The notes under the pieces are model-generated. The model had not been told where the DNA came from, made no database searches, and saw nothing but the letters and a program-made list of their open reading frames with translations. From contig JAUZTB010000069.1 in assembly GCA_034780895.1 (NCBI GenBank), positions 5,763,870-5,827,869 on the forward strand: a stretch of DNA of 64,000 nucleotides, written 5' to 3'. Positions 26,700 through 40,289 of this stretch are shown here, in pieces. The position numbers and the translations under genes are program-made. The DNA comes from Rhynchobatus australiae (taxonomy: Eukaryota). The number at the start of each line of letters is the position of its first letter. Within the stretch, counting starts at the first letter, position 1.

Positions 26700-27760
26700 G
26701 ATAAAATGTCAGGGCTTTGAGTTTTTTAAGGAAGTGAAGAAGATGATTTGAGTCTAGGGCTGTGGATGTTGTTGACATTGACTTTAGTAAAGCATTTGAC
26801 ATGGTCCCTCATGGTCGACTGGTCCAGAAGATTAAATAACGGGATCTATGATGAGTTGGTTAATTGGACCCAAAGTTGACTTGGTCATAGAAGACACAAG
26901 TTAGTGGTAGAGGAGTGTTTTTCTGACTGGTCTTTGAGCAGTGGTGTCCTGCAAGGATCAGTGCTGAGGCCTCTGTTTATAATATAAATGATTTGGATGA
27001 AAGCGTAAGTGGCTGGTTTACAAGCTTGACGTGGAAGTTGTTTTGGATAGTGAGAGAGGTTGTCAAAACATACAACTTGGTATAGATCAATTGGAAAATT
27101 CAATGGAGAAATGGAGTTCTGGACAAGTGTGATGCATTTTGAGAAACAGGAGGAAAGTATACAGTAAATAACAAGAACATTGATTCAAGTCGGGGAGTCA
27201 TGTTGCTGCTAGATAAAACTTATTGGTTAAGCCACATCTGGAGTACTATGCACAGTTCTGGTCACCGCATTACAGGAAGGATGTGGAGGCTTTGGAGAGA
27301 GTGCAGCGTTTCACCAGGATGCTGTTTGGATTAGAGTATCAGCCATAAGGAGAGGCTGGAGAAACTTTGGATTGTTTCTCTGGAATGTCACAGGCTGAGG
27401 ATAGACCTGATAGAAGTGTATAAAAGTTATGAGAGACATAGGTTGGGTAGATCTTTTTCCAGGGTGGAAATGTCAAAAATCTGAGGGCAGAGGTTTAAGA
27501 TGAGAGGGAGAAAGTTTAAAGGAGAATTGCAAGGCAAGTTTTTGCTTTAGAAAGAGTGCTAGGTGCCTGCAATGTGTTGCCATGGGAGGTGGTGGATGCA
27601 GTTCCAATAGGAACATTTAACCAGCATTTAGACAGATGTGAATAGGCAGGGAGTTGAGGGATATGGATCACGTGCAGGCTGATAGGATTATTTCCAATAT
27701 GTGGTTGGTGCAGACCTTTTGGGCCAAAGGGCCTGTTCCTGTGGTGTACTATTCCATGAT
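26700..27760 (+). mobile_element. CR1 LINE 3' ~1 kb (degenerate reverse transcriptase)
   Basis: AVDVVDIDFSKAFDMVPHGRLVQK at ~26759, GVLQGSVL at ~26943, HLEYYAQFWSPHYRKDVEALERVQ at ~27235, tail gggccaaagggcctgttcctgtggtgtac. Confidence 0.9.
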
Positions 27761-29146
27761 TGTAGGAAGGTAGTTTTGTGTGTGATTTCTTGCTGTAATA
27801 TTATGCAATACACTTTTTAGCAATTGCTATTTGGCTTTTCTCCCCCACGTATGGTTTTCCGTGCTCTGTGTTGAGGCTCTGATTGCCAGGAATTTCGTGA
27901 TAAAGGCTTCAGCCTCATGGTACGTTACACAAGAGGATGTTGGTATCACTTCTGTCATTGAATGGGGTTCTGTTCAGTGTTTTTCATGTTTCTCAGAACT
28001 AGACGTGCTAACAAATGATGGAGCTGCACAACAGACTCTCAGAAAATAACATGTTGCATTATACCTTTTAAGATCGAGCCTGTAAAGGAATACTAGCACC
28101 TTGAGCTGGAACAGCACCATATTGTGCTCCCTCTTTAGGCACATAGAAAGGGAATTGAGCAAAATACAGTCATCTCTATCTTTGAAGCTAGTACAAAGAG
28201 GAACCTTTACAGCAATAGCTAACTGATTCAGAAAGGAACAATATGCTTTCACTTAAAGAAGAAGCTACAAATTCCGGGAATCTGGAACAAAAACAGAAAA
28301 TGACAGTCATTTTGCAGAGGAAAGACACGTTCACATTTGAATTGGAACCTTCAGAACTAAACTGAAAAATATCACCATTTAGTAGTAAGGAAAGAAAATT
28401 CCTTTCCACAACGAGGAAGTGAATGAGGTTAATGCCTGCAACAATATTAAAAGGGCATTCTTGGACACAAGATCATTCCATTGAGCCAAAAACTTTATAA
28501 CAAGGAACAAAAGCAAATCAAGGGCAATGTTTCTTTTCCCCACCAAGAAAAATGTGGGAAATTGAAAGGGAAATTAAAAAGAGCTAATGCTGCAGGTACC
28601 AGTAAGATGAAATCTGAAATATTGGAGAGAAATAAAGGATACGAGTTCTCAAAGGAGTAAAAGAAAAATAGGTCAACACTAGGAGACGCACTGGTTTGAG
28701 TGTTGATATCAGTATATTTTGTTTCTTTGATCTGTCTTTTTGACTCTTGACCATTTTCATTCTGAGGGTTGCACAGATTTCATTCTTTGAGGACCTATTT
28801 TAGCCTCAAATATCATGAATAAAATTTAAAATAAACATCAAAATAAGACAGGCAATTTTCTATTCTTGTCATAACAGTGAATGATATATCCATAACATAA
28901 TGACTATAAAGCAGCTGTACTGCATTGCACTTGAGCTAATTCATTCAGAAGATTAGGTTCCTGATCTCTGACTGCCATGCACCAAGCTGGAGCTGAAAGC
29001 ATCTGGAGATGCGTTCTCTAATATAATTGTCAGTAAAATAATTTCCAATTTCTTAACAACATAAAGCTGAACAACATCATCATCTCAAAACAAACTGTAG
29101 AACAAAGAAGCTGCAAAGTGACATCTAATAATCTGCTTATTTTGCC

Positions 29147-29570
29147 ATGGTAGTCTCCAACATAACAGCCTCCAACATCGATTTCTCTAACTTCCGGTAC
29201 CACACACCCCATCTTCCTTCATTCCTGTGGCCTCCTCTTTTCCCTCTCCCAGCCTATCTATTCCCCACCTCCTTCCCCTTGTTCAATGGTCTACTGCCTT
29301 CTCTTACTAGATTTCTCCTTCAGCCTTTGCCTCTTCTACCTATCACTTCTCAGCTTCTTACATCATTCTCTTTCATCCCCTCTCCCTCACCCCAACCTGG
29401 ACTCGCCTATCACCTGCCAGCCTGTGCTCCTCCCCGTCTCCCAACCTTCTTATTCTGGCTTCTGCCCTCTTCCTTTCCTGTCCTGATGAAGGATCTCGAC
29501 ATTGACAGTTTATTTCCCTCCATAGATGCTGCCTGACCTGCTGAGTTCCTCCAGCATTTTGTGTGTGTTA
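29147..29570 (+). mobile_element. Penelope-like element 3' end (GIY-YIG tail + pLTR)
   Basis: aacatcgatttctctaacttccgg (NIDFSNFR), pyrimidine-rich body, gtcCTGATGAaggatctcgac, cagatgctgcctgacctgctgagttcctccagc-type end. Confidence 0.85.
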
Positions 29571-30409
29571 TAGATGTTTGATCAAGTTTCTTTTGGGTTT
29601 AGTATTGTGCCATGTTTGAAGTGATCTTCAGTTGGCATTCATTTTGTTCCTAAACTCTTGATTTGGATCCCTTGGAAGCTCTAGTTTTGATTGTTCAAAT
29701 ATGACAAAAGAAATACTTTCTCTTTAAATACTTGAAAATTAGGAAAGCACCTCTGCAAGTATGTTTTTGAACAATGGGTATGTTTTTAAACTTTTTGTAA
29801 TTCACAATGTTCGGTTTAGTATGTGACTAATGATTATCACTACACGAAACTAACAACAGACCTATGTAACCTTAAACTTTGACAATGGACAATACTCCCA
29901 TATAACAATGCTTAAGTTAGAAAGCAGTCAAATGTTAAATGAACAAAAGCAAAATCATAACATGGTGAAGTAAGTGAGAACATTTCTAAGATTTCCACGG
30001 ATGCTGTTCGGTTGAATTCTTCCAGCCTTTTCTGTTTTGGTTTCACATTACAGCGTCTGCGCAGTTTTATTTATTTTCCACTTCTAAAATTCCATGCTCT
30101 TGATCTTGCTCCCACTACAGTTACAGTCAGCTATTGGATTGCAAATGCTTACAGTTCTAGCAGGAGTTTACATTCTCAAATACCTTTTCCATGTAGAAAG
30201 ACCAAATCTTTAACTGAATGGACATGAAATTTAAAACAAAAAAGGCATTCCCTTTATTGATTTATAACCCATCTAGTGGAGTGCTAAGCATTGCAGTACA
30301 TTGGCTTTTGAGATGGGTCGTGGATGATTCAATTTTATTTTTTGAACTGAAAAGCAGGCAGACAGATTCGGGTTGAGATTTTTAAAAAAAAACAAGTACA
30401 CAATAAGAA

Positions 30410-31085
30410 CATTAGAACATAATATAAAAAGAGTATCCCAAAGATGCTTTTTGAGCCTGATGCACCATTGGACAGTGGCTTGGCTGACCTCCTTCCTCAA
30501 CTGAAGATTATCACATTATCCATGATTAATTTTTACTCCACTGCTTTCAAACTATAACTTAAATCTCCAGTATAATCAATGATTGAGCATCAGCAGGCCT
30601 CTGGGAAACAGAATGCTAAAAATTCACAAACCTCTGAAATTCATTTGGAACTCAGTCCTAAATTTTTGTCATCTTAATTCTGAAACTCCATACATCATTT
30701 CTAGACTCTGCAGGCAAGGAAAACAACTGCTTGGTATTAACCTGATCAAAATCTTGTATCTTTCATTGGAATTGCTTATTGTTCAAAACCACAGGGAGCA
30801 TAGGTCCACTTAACTTGACCTTCCTAAAATGGCCTTCTCATCCCAGAATCATGCTGGTAAGATTCATTGTAGTATCTCCTAGCCAAGGAGGTACTTCAAT
30901 AAATTTTCTTTTGACTAGGAGATACCATGAAACTAAAACTGCACATAATACTCCAAATGAGGTCTTACCATGTTAACCTGATAATTACCAGTTTATTCCT
31001 ATTCTGTCTATAAACCAAGCCTCTCTCCATGCACCCCTCAAGCTTTTAACTTGTGTGACAGCTTTTTATGTGACACCTGATCAAA
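30410..31085 (-). mobile_element. Degenerate CR1 LINE fragments
   Basis: agaacattagaacat tail repeats; aaactgcacataatactccaaatgaggtct (reverse of RPHLEYYVQF). Confidence 0.6.
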
Positions 31086-31309
31086 TGTTGTGTTTATTTG
31101 CAGTTAGTAACTTGCTGGGATAACAAGATGGTTATTTTTATCTGTTTAGATTCAGTAGCAAAAGGCTTTGCTTCTTGACTGGCTAGTAATTTGGGGATTT
31201 TTCTCTATTCTTTCTACTGAAAACTGGGTTTACAGTTGCCAGAAGTTGCAACAGTGCTCATTGGTGGCATCAAATGTCTGGTTATGATTCAGAATTGTTA
31301 AATCTGTTG

Positions 31310-31480
31310 TGAAGTGCAGAAGGCTGTCAAGTGCCCAATTGAAAGACAAGGCCCTGTTTTCCAAGCTTCTGTAGGCCATCAGGAACAATGAAGTGGGCTG
31401 AGGTCAGAGGGAGTGGAGCAAAGGATTAAAATTGCCAATGCCTGGAGTCTCAGTTCACTTCTAATAACTGCAATCACCCA
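31310..31480 (-). mobile_element. Degenerate Penelope-like GIY-YIG remnant
   Basis: Reverse complement resembles ...KLGKQGLVFQLGT.QP, as in the copies at ~20200 and ~52550. Confidence 0.5.
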
Positions 31481-32548
31481 ACCAGTTTTTTGTTTGGTTT
31501 CCTCAGTGTAGAGGGTATTGAAGCAAAGGAGGGTTTAGGGAGAAGATTCCTTATAATTTTCCCTGATTAGAAATATAGATTATTCTAATAAAGATATTGA
31601 GCCTAGAATCTTTTGGTTTTTCTGTCTATAGATACTACCTGACTGGTTGAGGATTTTTTAAAATTTTAAATATAGCTTTATTAAATTGGGATTTTTAAAA
31701 GCATTTTCAAGATTCTGAAATGATGAGATAAGATAGAAAAGCACCAGTCTGGCCAGTGACTGAAGGAAAGGAAGAGATTAAGGATTCACAGCAGGTGTGG
31801 ATTTTTTTTTTATAGATGAAAAAGAATCTGATATTATTGAATGTGAGCAGAAATGGGGTGAGACCACTTGGCCCTTTGTGCCTGCTCATCCTCTGGTCAC
31901 CTTAATAGGTACAAATTTGTTAACTTCTGTCTTGATTATACAGCAGATGAGTCTGTACTGCCACTTGGCTANNNNNNNNNNNNNNNNNNNNNNNNNNNNN
32001 NNNNNNNNNNNNNNNNNNNNNNNNNNNNNNNNNNNNNNNNNNNNNNNNNNNNNNNNNNNNNNNNNNNNNNNNNNNNNNNNNNNNNNNNNNNNNNNNNNNN
32101 NNNNNNNNNNNNNNNNNNNNNNNNNNNNNNNNNNNNNNNNNNTAGTCAAGGCAAAAGAATAATGATTACACTTAATCCATATGGTTCTTGGACTACAGCC
32201 TATTAGATCCAGTCAGGGTTTGTACCTCCACTGTTCTTTCTGGGAAAGAGTTCCAGGTAGCCACCACTCAATGGATGGGGGAAAAAAAACTTCTGCTTAA
32301 CTTTTCCATTAATCATTTTACAACATCATTCAATCTATGCTGTGCTGGTTAATGATATCCTTGCTATGGGGGCTGAATTGCCATTGGGACTACTGCTTGT
32401 GAATAAATTCCACCAAAACAACAATGTTGATTTCTTTGCACTTTGTCATTGCGAAATGTGATATCTTCCATTGAACGTGTATGGAATAAGCTAAAGATAG
32501 TTTTGTATCTGAAGCATGCAAAATTTCTGATTTTGTGTTTTGTTTTAG

Positions 32549-32635
32549 GTGGGCCAACTTTTACAGCAGTTAGCAATGACGGGAAGCGAGGAAGCAGATC
32601 CACGACTGAAGAACAGCCTTTGCAAATTTGACAAA
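32549..32635 (+). CDS. GAPVD1: GAPVD1 coding exon 3
   Basis: VGQLLQQLAMTGSEEADPRLKNSLCKFDK; ttttag| and |gtaagc; 87 nt, phase 0-0. The ORF track shows this region in a different frame. Confidence 0.96.
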
Positions 32636-35073
32636 GTAAGCTATCAGAATGGTACTGAGATTTAATGGGTAAAGTTTGAAAGACAGAGGAGTGATTTTTA
32701 ACATATTGTAAAACCGTTACAGGGAAGCTGAAATGAGTGGTTTAAGTTTTGATTTATTTACCCAAAATTGTTTAATTTTTCATTTTTCAGTCTTGTATAT
32801 AAATTATTGTATACATTTAATCTAATAACTGAAAGAAAAAGGAATTGTGTATTTTGATTTCAGAGGTTTTAAGTAATAGAGTATTAGTTCATTCATTGTG
32901 ATCTCTGTGGTGACTGTTGCGAGTGAGCTGGAAAGATGCTGAATCATTTCAGATTGTTATGTTTGGTGATAATCTACACCAATGAAATGTTTACCGGATT
33001 TGGGTGGAGACAGATTTGATAAGGGCAGGTGGGACGTCTTTTCTCATAAATCTTAGAAATATTTGATGTTTGAGCAAGCAACATGATTTTTGACAGGTGT
33101 TGAAAATTATGCAAAGGAACACAGCACCTTGTCTAAAGAGGAGACTGTGTGATATGGAGTGGTTACTAAATGACTTAATGGCAGTGTTTTCCATAATTGT
33201 AGTTAGAATTAGTTGAAGATTTTTGATAAGTAATGAATAAGCAAGAAAAATCTTGAGAGAGCCAAGATAGGAAGCATTAGATCTAGGTGGCAATGAAGCA
33301 GGGAAGGCAAGACGATTGGAATTGAGGATACAAGATGAAGCTAGTGTAGAGATGGACTGCATTAGTCACCAAAGTTGGCAAAAAGTTTGCAATTTCAATT
33401 AGCTGTGCCAGAGCAAGTAAATTACCTTGCCATGTCATCCACCCACTGGGTCATGAACATTTTATTTAGTTGCCAATTTAACACTTATGCTTCTGATCAC
33501 ATTTACCAGATTTTGTTTGTATTATTATAGGGCAGTTACTACTATTCTAAATGAGCATTGCAGATAAATAACTCAACTTCTTAGCAAATGTCTAGTCCTA
33601 ATATATGCATAAAAATCTTGGAGATCCCCTCATTTACTCAATTAGAATTTGTTGAGTGCAGATTTGGATATTGAAGACTGCATGGAATTCATTGCTTCTA
33701 TCTTGGTGAGAAGATGCTACCAGCAATCCCAAAAAATAAAAATCTTCCATTAAGTTACCAGTGCGTGACCATATCCAATTCCGTAATTGATTGTGTTCCT
33801 TAGGCAAACTGTTCCTACTACTAATAATTACCACTGGTAAAGTTAAGGTGCAAATGACAGTCAGCAAATGTGCTTGTATTCTGAGACCCATCTCTTAACT
33901 CTGAATCTGTAAAATCTATTATAGTTCCAGCATTTTGTTTCTGTAATTTTTTTCCACTTTTCCTCTAGTCAGATAGTACTGTCAATGAATTAGAATACTG
34001 TATTTTGGACAGTGATATTCTACTTCACTGGTCCAGGATTAAGTCCAGCCAAGACTGATCAGGTGAAAGGCTTTCTTGTATATGAAATTAATTTGTTAAA
34101 TCTAATTTTAGTTCTTAATAGTTGTGAGCTTGGGGAACATTAATTCATTTATTTTGTTGGCACCTGTCCAGATGAATTGCAAGCAGTACATTCTCCAGAG
34201 AATGAGGCAAATCAAATCAAATTGAAAAAAGTTCTTGGAACAGTACAGATAGGATCCTGGAAGCTAATTATGCATGAGGCTTTACCCAGGATATTGTTGA
34301 TATATCAAATAGGCATACTGAGAAATTGGCATCATGTAGCTGGGGTAGCCATCCTTCCCTGCCAAAGTAAAACTATGACCATATCTACCACACAATTAAA
34401 ATTGCATAAGCCAAAATGAAATCACTATTATTCTTTTGGATTAACAAAGTTGCTAGCTATATCTCCTTGAGAAGGCAGAACCAGCTTTAGCCACAAGATT
34501 GTATCCGATTGAAACGTGGAACATGATAACAAATTGTTAAACAGACTTGTAAAGGACAGATGTCATCTTAATATTTCATATCGTGAGATGGAAATACAGC
34601 ACCACAACTTATAGAGCTGTGCAACGGATTTTCCCCAAAGGGACTGATCAAAGCAGAGGGAAAGAACTGCTTTACTGTTAAAGTGCTTAAAGTCAGTATT
34701 TTGTGGTTTCACTTGTTTAGTCAATTTTCCAAATCTTTTACTTGATAAAGGAAGCTGTTCAAACAGTTTGTAGAATTGAATCCCACATAATACTCATTTA
34801 AGCTAGCTCTCAGCAGTCACTTAAAGGTAAGCACAAGAAAGCTTTGAAAGGGAACTACAGAAGAACCTTGTCCTACATGACAGTCGTTAATGTTGGAAAA
34901 TCTCAAATTCTCAGCAGCCACTGGACTATTAATGTTGCAGCATTGGTATAAAACAGCAAAATGGCATTCACACAAATGTGCCGACAGTAAAACGTGCGGA
35001 TTGTTCATTGCTGGAGAATGTGATTTGCTTTAGATCTCCAAGAATATGAAGTATTCTGATTCATCTTTTGCAG

Positions 35074-35208
35074 AGTTGTGTTGCAGCTTTCTTGGATGTC
35101 ATTATTGGAGGCCGTACTGTAGAAACCCCTCCCATGTCCTCAGTGAATTTACTGGAAGGGCTCAGCAGAACTGTAGTCTACATGACGCATAATCAACTTT
35201 TGAACTTG
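35074..35208 (+). CDS. GAPVD1: GAPVD1 coding exon 4
   Basis: SCVAAFLDVIIGGRTVETPPMSSVNLLEGLSRTVVYMTHNQLLNL; ttgcag| and TTG|gtaagc; 135 nt, phase 0-0. Confidence 0.96.
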
Positions 35209-36508
35209 GTAAGCTCATGTCTTTTACTACTTTTGTATGTGGCCAATATTGTGGGCAAGAGTTGTAATTCACCTTTAAGATGTGTGACAAGATGTAACAG
35301 TAGTTGACCTGTTGCAGAACAAAAGGGCACGTAGCTGAATCCATGTTTGGTGTGCACCTGTGTGGTTTACTGTGCTCACTAATACAAAACCTCTGTTACC
35401 CTCATTTGGCATTAATTAGAAAACTGCCCATTTATGGATGCAGATTTTTATTGCTCTGGCAAAACCATAACACAGTACCTTTTTTATGGCTTTGTTCACC
35501 TGTGACCCAATTTCTTTTCAACAAAGCAAGCTTCATGATTTCAGCCCACTGCTGCCCCATGTGGATTTGTATCCCCTATATTCTGTTTTGTTAGTATGCA
35601 AGAATTTGAATGTAGGAAGGGGCAGATTTGGATTTAATCTGGCTTCCCAGCATTCCCATGGTCTGCACAGATGACACGTTTTATTTAAACAGTCTAATAA
35701 CGTGATGAAATTCAGAATTGTATTGGCAGGCAGCCATGGTTAACACTGCCTGCTGACATCACTGTGGAGCTGAGCAAAGCAGTTAAATGAAGTTGTGATC
35801 GTCAGCCTCTGAAGGGTGACTTTAAATTCAGAACTGATCACACATGCCTGCAGACTTGCTGGTTGTGGAAGGAAGGAGGAAAAAAAAATACAAAGTTTGT
35901 TGAAGGCGTGTTGGAAGATGATAATGTTGGTTGTAAAAGTTGGCATGGATTAGGTGGACAATGCAAGCAAATGTATTTTGTATAATTCTGAAGTTTAAAT
36001 GAGACTGCCAGCAGTTTCAAAGCGTAAAGAAACGGCGATTGAGTCGACAGTAATTGTACAGATAAAATACTTAATATTTTCAGAAATTTGGAGCAATATC
36101 TGCTAATAATTCAGGTGTGACATTTTATTCGTACCTGCCTTTGTTTTATTCGATCACATTTGGAGTGATGCTTTGGAAAAGGTACACACCCTTCTGGAAG
36201 CTGGCATTGGAAGGTTTTGGTAATTAGATTGTTTATACATTTATCCTGTTGACATACAAGATTGGCAGGAGTGGGAATAAGCTGTTGTATGTTATCTTGA
36301 GTCAGAAGCCAAGGAACGTGTGGCATAAGAAACATCAAACAAAATAAGTAGTCTGGTGGTGAAAAGCTAAGAAAAATATAATCTTGCTAACTTTTCTTCA
36401 CAAAGTTTACAATGAAGTTTCTTTTAACTGGAGAATCCTAAAAGGGTTTGCTGTTGCATAAGTTTTCATTGACTAAAATTAAGCTGTGCATTTTTAATTT
36501 GTACATAG

Positions 36509-36701
36509 GTTACTTTTGCAAGGCATGTAATGCCAGGAGAATTGCTGAGAGAAGAGGACAGAATGGCTCTGGAGAATCTAATCATTAATGTTCCACATCA
36601 CAGAACAGGGAAGAGCAATAGTCTTGAGCTGACTCCCTCCAGTACACCCCAGCTGTCTCCTGCGACTACTCCCGCCAATAAAAAAAATCGACTGCAAATA
36701 G
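36509..36701 (+). CDS. GAPVD1: GAPVD1 coding exon 5
   Basis: VTFARHVMPGELLREEDRMALENL...TPQLSPATTPANKKNRLQI; catag| and G|gtagga; 193 nt, phase 0-1. Confidence 0.95.
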
Positions 36702-39289
36702 GTAGGATACACAACTGCTTTAGTTAATTCTACCAGGGGTGCAGCAGTAATTTTGGGGAAAAAAAAAACAACTTTAAATTAAAATAAGTGAATTAAATGT
36801 TCTGATTATTTACATTTTTACTGTAGTTTGATTCATTGTTTCTCTAGGATTTTATAGAGTATTTAATTTTTGTGAATTTGCAAGGAACTTAGTGTTCTTA
36901 AGTTTGAGACTAATGCATCTAATTGTTGAAGTGAAGTTCATGTGACAATTCAACTGTGTATTGCTAATGTGATTCCTTTTTCAGTCTCTGGAAATGGGCC
37001 TACAACTCTTGTTGTACTTGATGCTGTGTTATTTACCCACTTATACAAATAACTCCCACTTCTGATTACATCTTTGCAATTAAAATGAAACCCTTTGGCA
37101 CAGAGTTCTCGCAATCATTGTGCAACACTGTTCATTTTAGGCTGCTAGATCCTTGCTTTCTGTGACCAATATGCATGTAAACGACTTTGTTTTCATTCAC
37201 TCTTCCTAATGCAGGTGATTTATCAATAAGGCTGGAGAGCAGTTTGACCTAGGCTAAGAACTATTTGTGATGCTTCTACTGTAAAGAAATGCATTACTTT
37301 GCTTGATACATATTAGCTCAACAGTCCAAAGTTGTTTGAGGCAAGCAAATTTATGTACTTTGTTTCAATAAATTGAAAGAAATATTGCAGACAATGGTTA
37401 ATTATCCTTAATACACAATCTAATTCCAAACCCACCCCACCTCCCTCTCCAGGTAAGTTGTCTTGCCTTTCTAGGTTAAAGGAACTTTTTATTTTACAAG
37501 AGTTGTCATGAAAGCTATCCAGCACCTCGTCCAAGTGGTTATTATGCATCAGCTAAGGCGGTGAGTGTTCACCTTCCTTTAAGGTCTGCATAGCTGAGCC
37601 TGATTTTATTTCATCAAATAATCATTCTTCCGATCTGTAGGACACTGACACAGATAACCATTTATTGCACCAGATTTGTTGCCCTGACTACTATTTTGGA
37701 GAGCAGTTGAAGTACCAATCGCACTTGCGTGCTGTTGGATTCACGTGTACACCGTACTAAGGGTGGGAGGTTTACCTGGCAATAGAAATCCTGTAGATCA
37801 GGTTTTTAAATGCCAATACAATAACTTGGATATCATTGCTTCACTTTTCTGTTGCTTTAATATAAAGCAATTAAATTCTTAAAGCAGGATTGTTGTCTTT
37901 AATCTCGCAAATGGTTTGACTGAACTCTTGTTTGGTGGGCTTGTTATTCAGGACTTTGGATTGCTGGTTCAGTAACAGGCATATTAGAATGCTGTTTAAT
38001 TTCCAGTGAGAGTTCGTGGCTAGTGATTGAGGGTGGCTACACAGCCTGACTGAGAAATTAGTGTTATGCTGCTAATTAAGCTAAATCAGCACAGTTCAAT
38101 AATCTATATTTTGTTTCATTGATGAATACGGTACATCAAATAGGAAATTAATGTGGAGACACACCAAGCAATTATTGGCTTTATTGCAAAGATATTGATT
38201 ACAACAGTTAGGGCTGTAATTGTATTGAACTTAGATGAAATCTTATCTGACGATATTACAAGCAATTTTGGTTTTTATTCCTCAGTAAGAATATATGACA
38301 TGGAATTTTTGTGGCNNNNNNNNNNNNNNNNNNNNNNNNNNNNNNNNNNNNNNNNNNNNNNNNNNNNNNNNNNNNNNNNNNNNNNNNNNNNNNNNNNNNN
38401 NNNNNNNNNNNNNNNACATCTTTTATTGTTTTTAAAGTTCAATCTGTATTAAGTCTTGGGAATTGTATCAGCTGAAACAAAACTTAGAATTCATATTGGT
38501 ATTGACTAATAATCTGTTTTGCCAAGTTTTCAATCTACTTCCATTTCTGTGGAATATAACTTTGGACATTTCATCCAATTAAGACATAATACCTAGTTTT
38601 ATTTTATTTCAATGAGAAACAAATCACATTCTTGTATATGCTTTCTTCCAATCTTCAATACATGTATTCCGTGGCACAAGTTCAAGCAATTTTTTTTAGT
38701 TGAATCACAGTTAAAATAGCATGGATCCTAACAAAAATAGAAGTGTATTTGAAAATAAAATGTATTTGGTCCTTTTGACTTTTGTAAGAATCGTGTTAAC
38801 TTATTGATGGCAATGTCCATTTGGAGTAAAATTCCTTACCTTATTGTGAATGCTAATTTGCTGCCTGATTCCATCATTTACAAATTGGAGCTTCGTGATC
38901 AGTATGCTTATCACTGGTGTGCAGACTTCTGTTTGTTAACTGCAGCATACTATTTTCTTCACTTAAAATGAACCATATTTTCCTTTTGACTGGACAAAGA
39001 GCCATAACACTACTTTTCTACCTTTTTGATGTGGTAAATCCCATGGTTTTTGTGGTCTGAGGTTGTCACTGGTTTGGTCTGATGTTGTAGCTGAGCCTTC
39101 AAAGGTTGAGAAAAGTACTCAGTTTGGGGAATGTTCAGAATCTTCTGTATTGTAAATAATAAACTGTAATATAGTTTGTATTTATGTGTAAAATTAAAGT
39201 GTGGGCAAGGGGGAGAAACTTATTTTGATATTTAATGGGGTTATTAATCTGCATCTGGTTTCCATTTCTTTAATGCTGCCCATACCCAG

Positions 39290-39370
39290 GACAACAATTA
39301 GCATCCATTACTGCCTGGGATACTTCAGCTACAAATCTGACTGCTCACATTCCTCTTGTAGCTCCTTTTG
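39290..39370 (+). CDS. GAPVD1: GAPVD1 81-nt cassette (probably alternative) exon
   Basis: cccag|GA CAA CAA TTA GCA... reads GQQLASITAWDTSATNLTAHIPLVAPF, donor G|gtgggt. Symmetric phase 1-1 and open. Resembles a recalled insert in some tetrapod isoforms (GQQLAAITAWDSSATNLTAHIPLVTPF). Confidence 0.85.
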
Positions 39371-40289
39371 GTGGGTAACATTTCCATAAAGTCTAGAATG
39401 GTTAAAACTTCCCTGTTAGAATTGTTGAAATGAATGTTTGATGGTTCCTTTTTTATTGTGCCTGCTGCAGCACAGAAAATGTACTGCCACTTTCTGAATG
39501 CAGCAGAAGCAGAACTCAGTTTAAATTCTTGGGCACGAGCGATGGTCTGTTTCATCAATCGTAATCCAATTCAACAGTGAATTAGACTTAATATATTGGA
39601 TGTTGATTCTTGACATACATCCAGTAAACTTTATTTTCAAACTCTACCCAGCAATTCTTTCTTTTCAAGAAATTTTACACTTGATTCAGTCTGTGAAGTG
39701 ACATTCAATATTTCATATGCAGCATTAAAATTAAAAGGTACTCCAAATGATGGTTATTGAACCATAATGGATTTAAATATTGTTTAATGCAATGTGCATC
39801 TCACACCAAAGAGCCTCAGTGAGACTGAAGTCCATGAGGTTTGGGGTGCAAACAACCCAGGTGTCATACTTGGTACAAAGGGAGATCTCTGGTCAAGGTC
39901 AACCATCCCCTCCCTTGCTATTACTTCTTGGAAGCTCAGTTTGGAAGCATCGAAGGTTGAAATGAACATGATGCCATTCCATTCATGATAGCTCAAAGAC
40001 CGTCTTGCGCATATAAAAACCTCCACCTTTTTCTCTGTTCATTTTAAAAAAAAGGGTTCTTTAACTCAATTGTGTTGTGGAGGGAAATGCCATATCGTAA
40101 CTATCTCTAGTTTTAATCAGAAATTACCACTACATTGTTTTCACAGGTTATAGGTGTTTACACAGTTAACGGATCTACACATTATTGAAATAACAAAAAT
40201 TGTAAAGGAATATTTTAATTATTTTAAGAGGGGTGACCAAACAGATGGCTTTACCTGAGCATGTATCATGTATTTGCAGCACCGAAACC

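Noticed and set aside
35702-35773. Possible C/D box snoRNA (GTGATGA...CTGA...CTGA) with a ggcaggcag/ctgcctgct hairpin
   Set aside because: No terminal stem or C' box and no recognisable rRNA/snRNA antisense element; consistent with chance.
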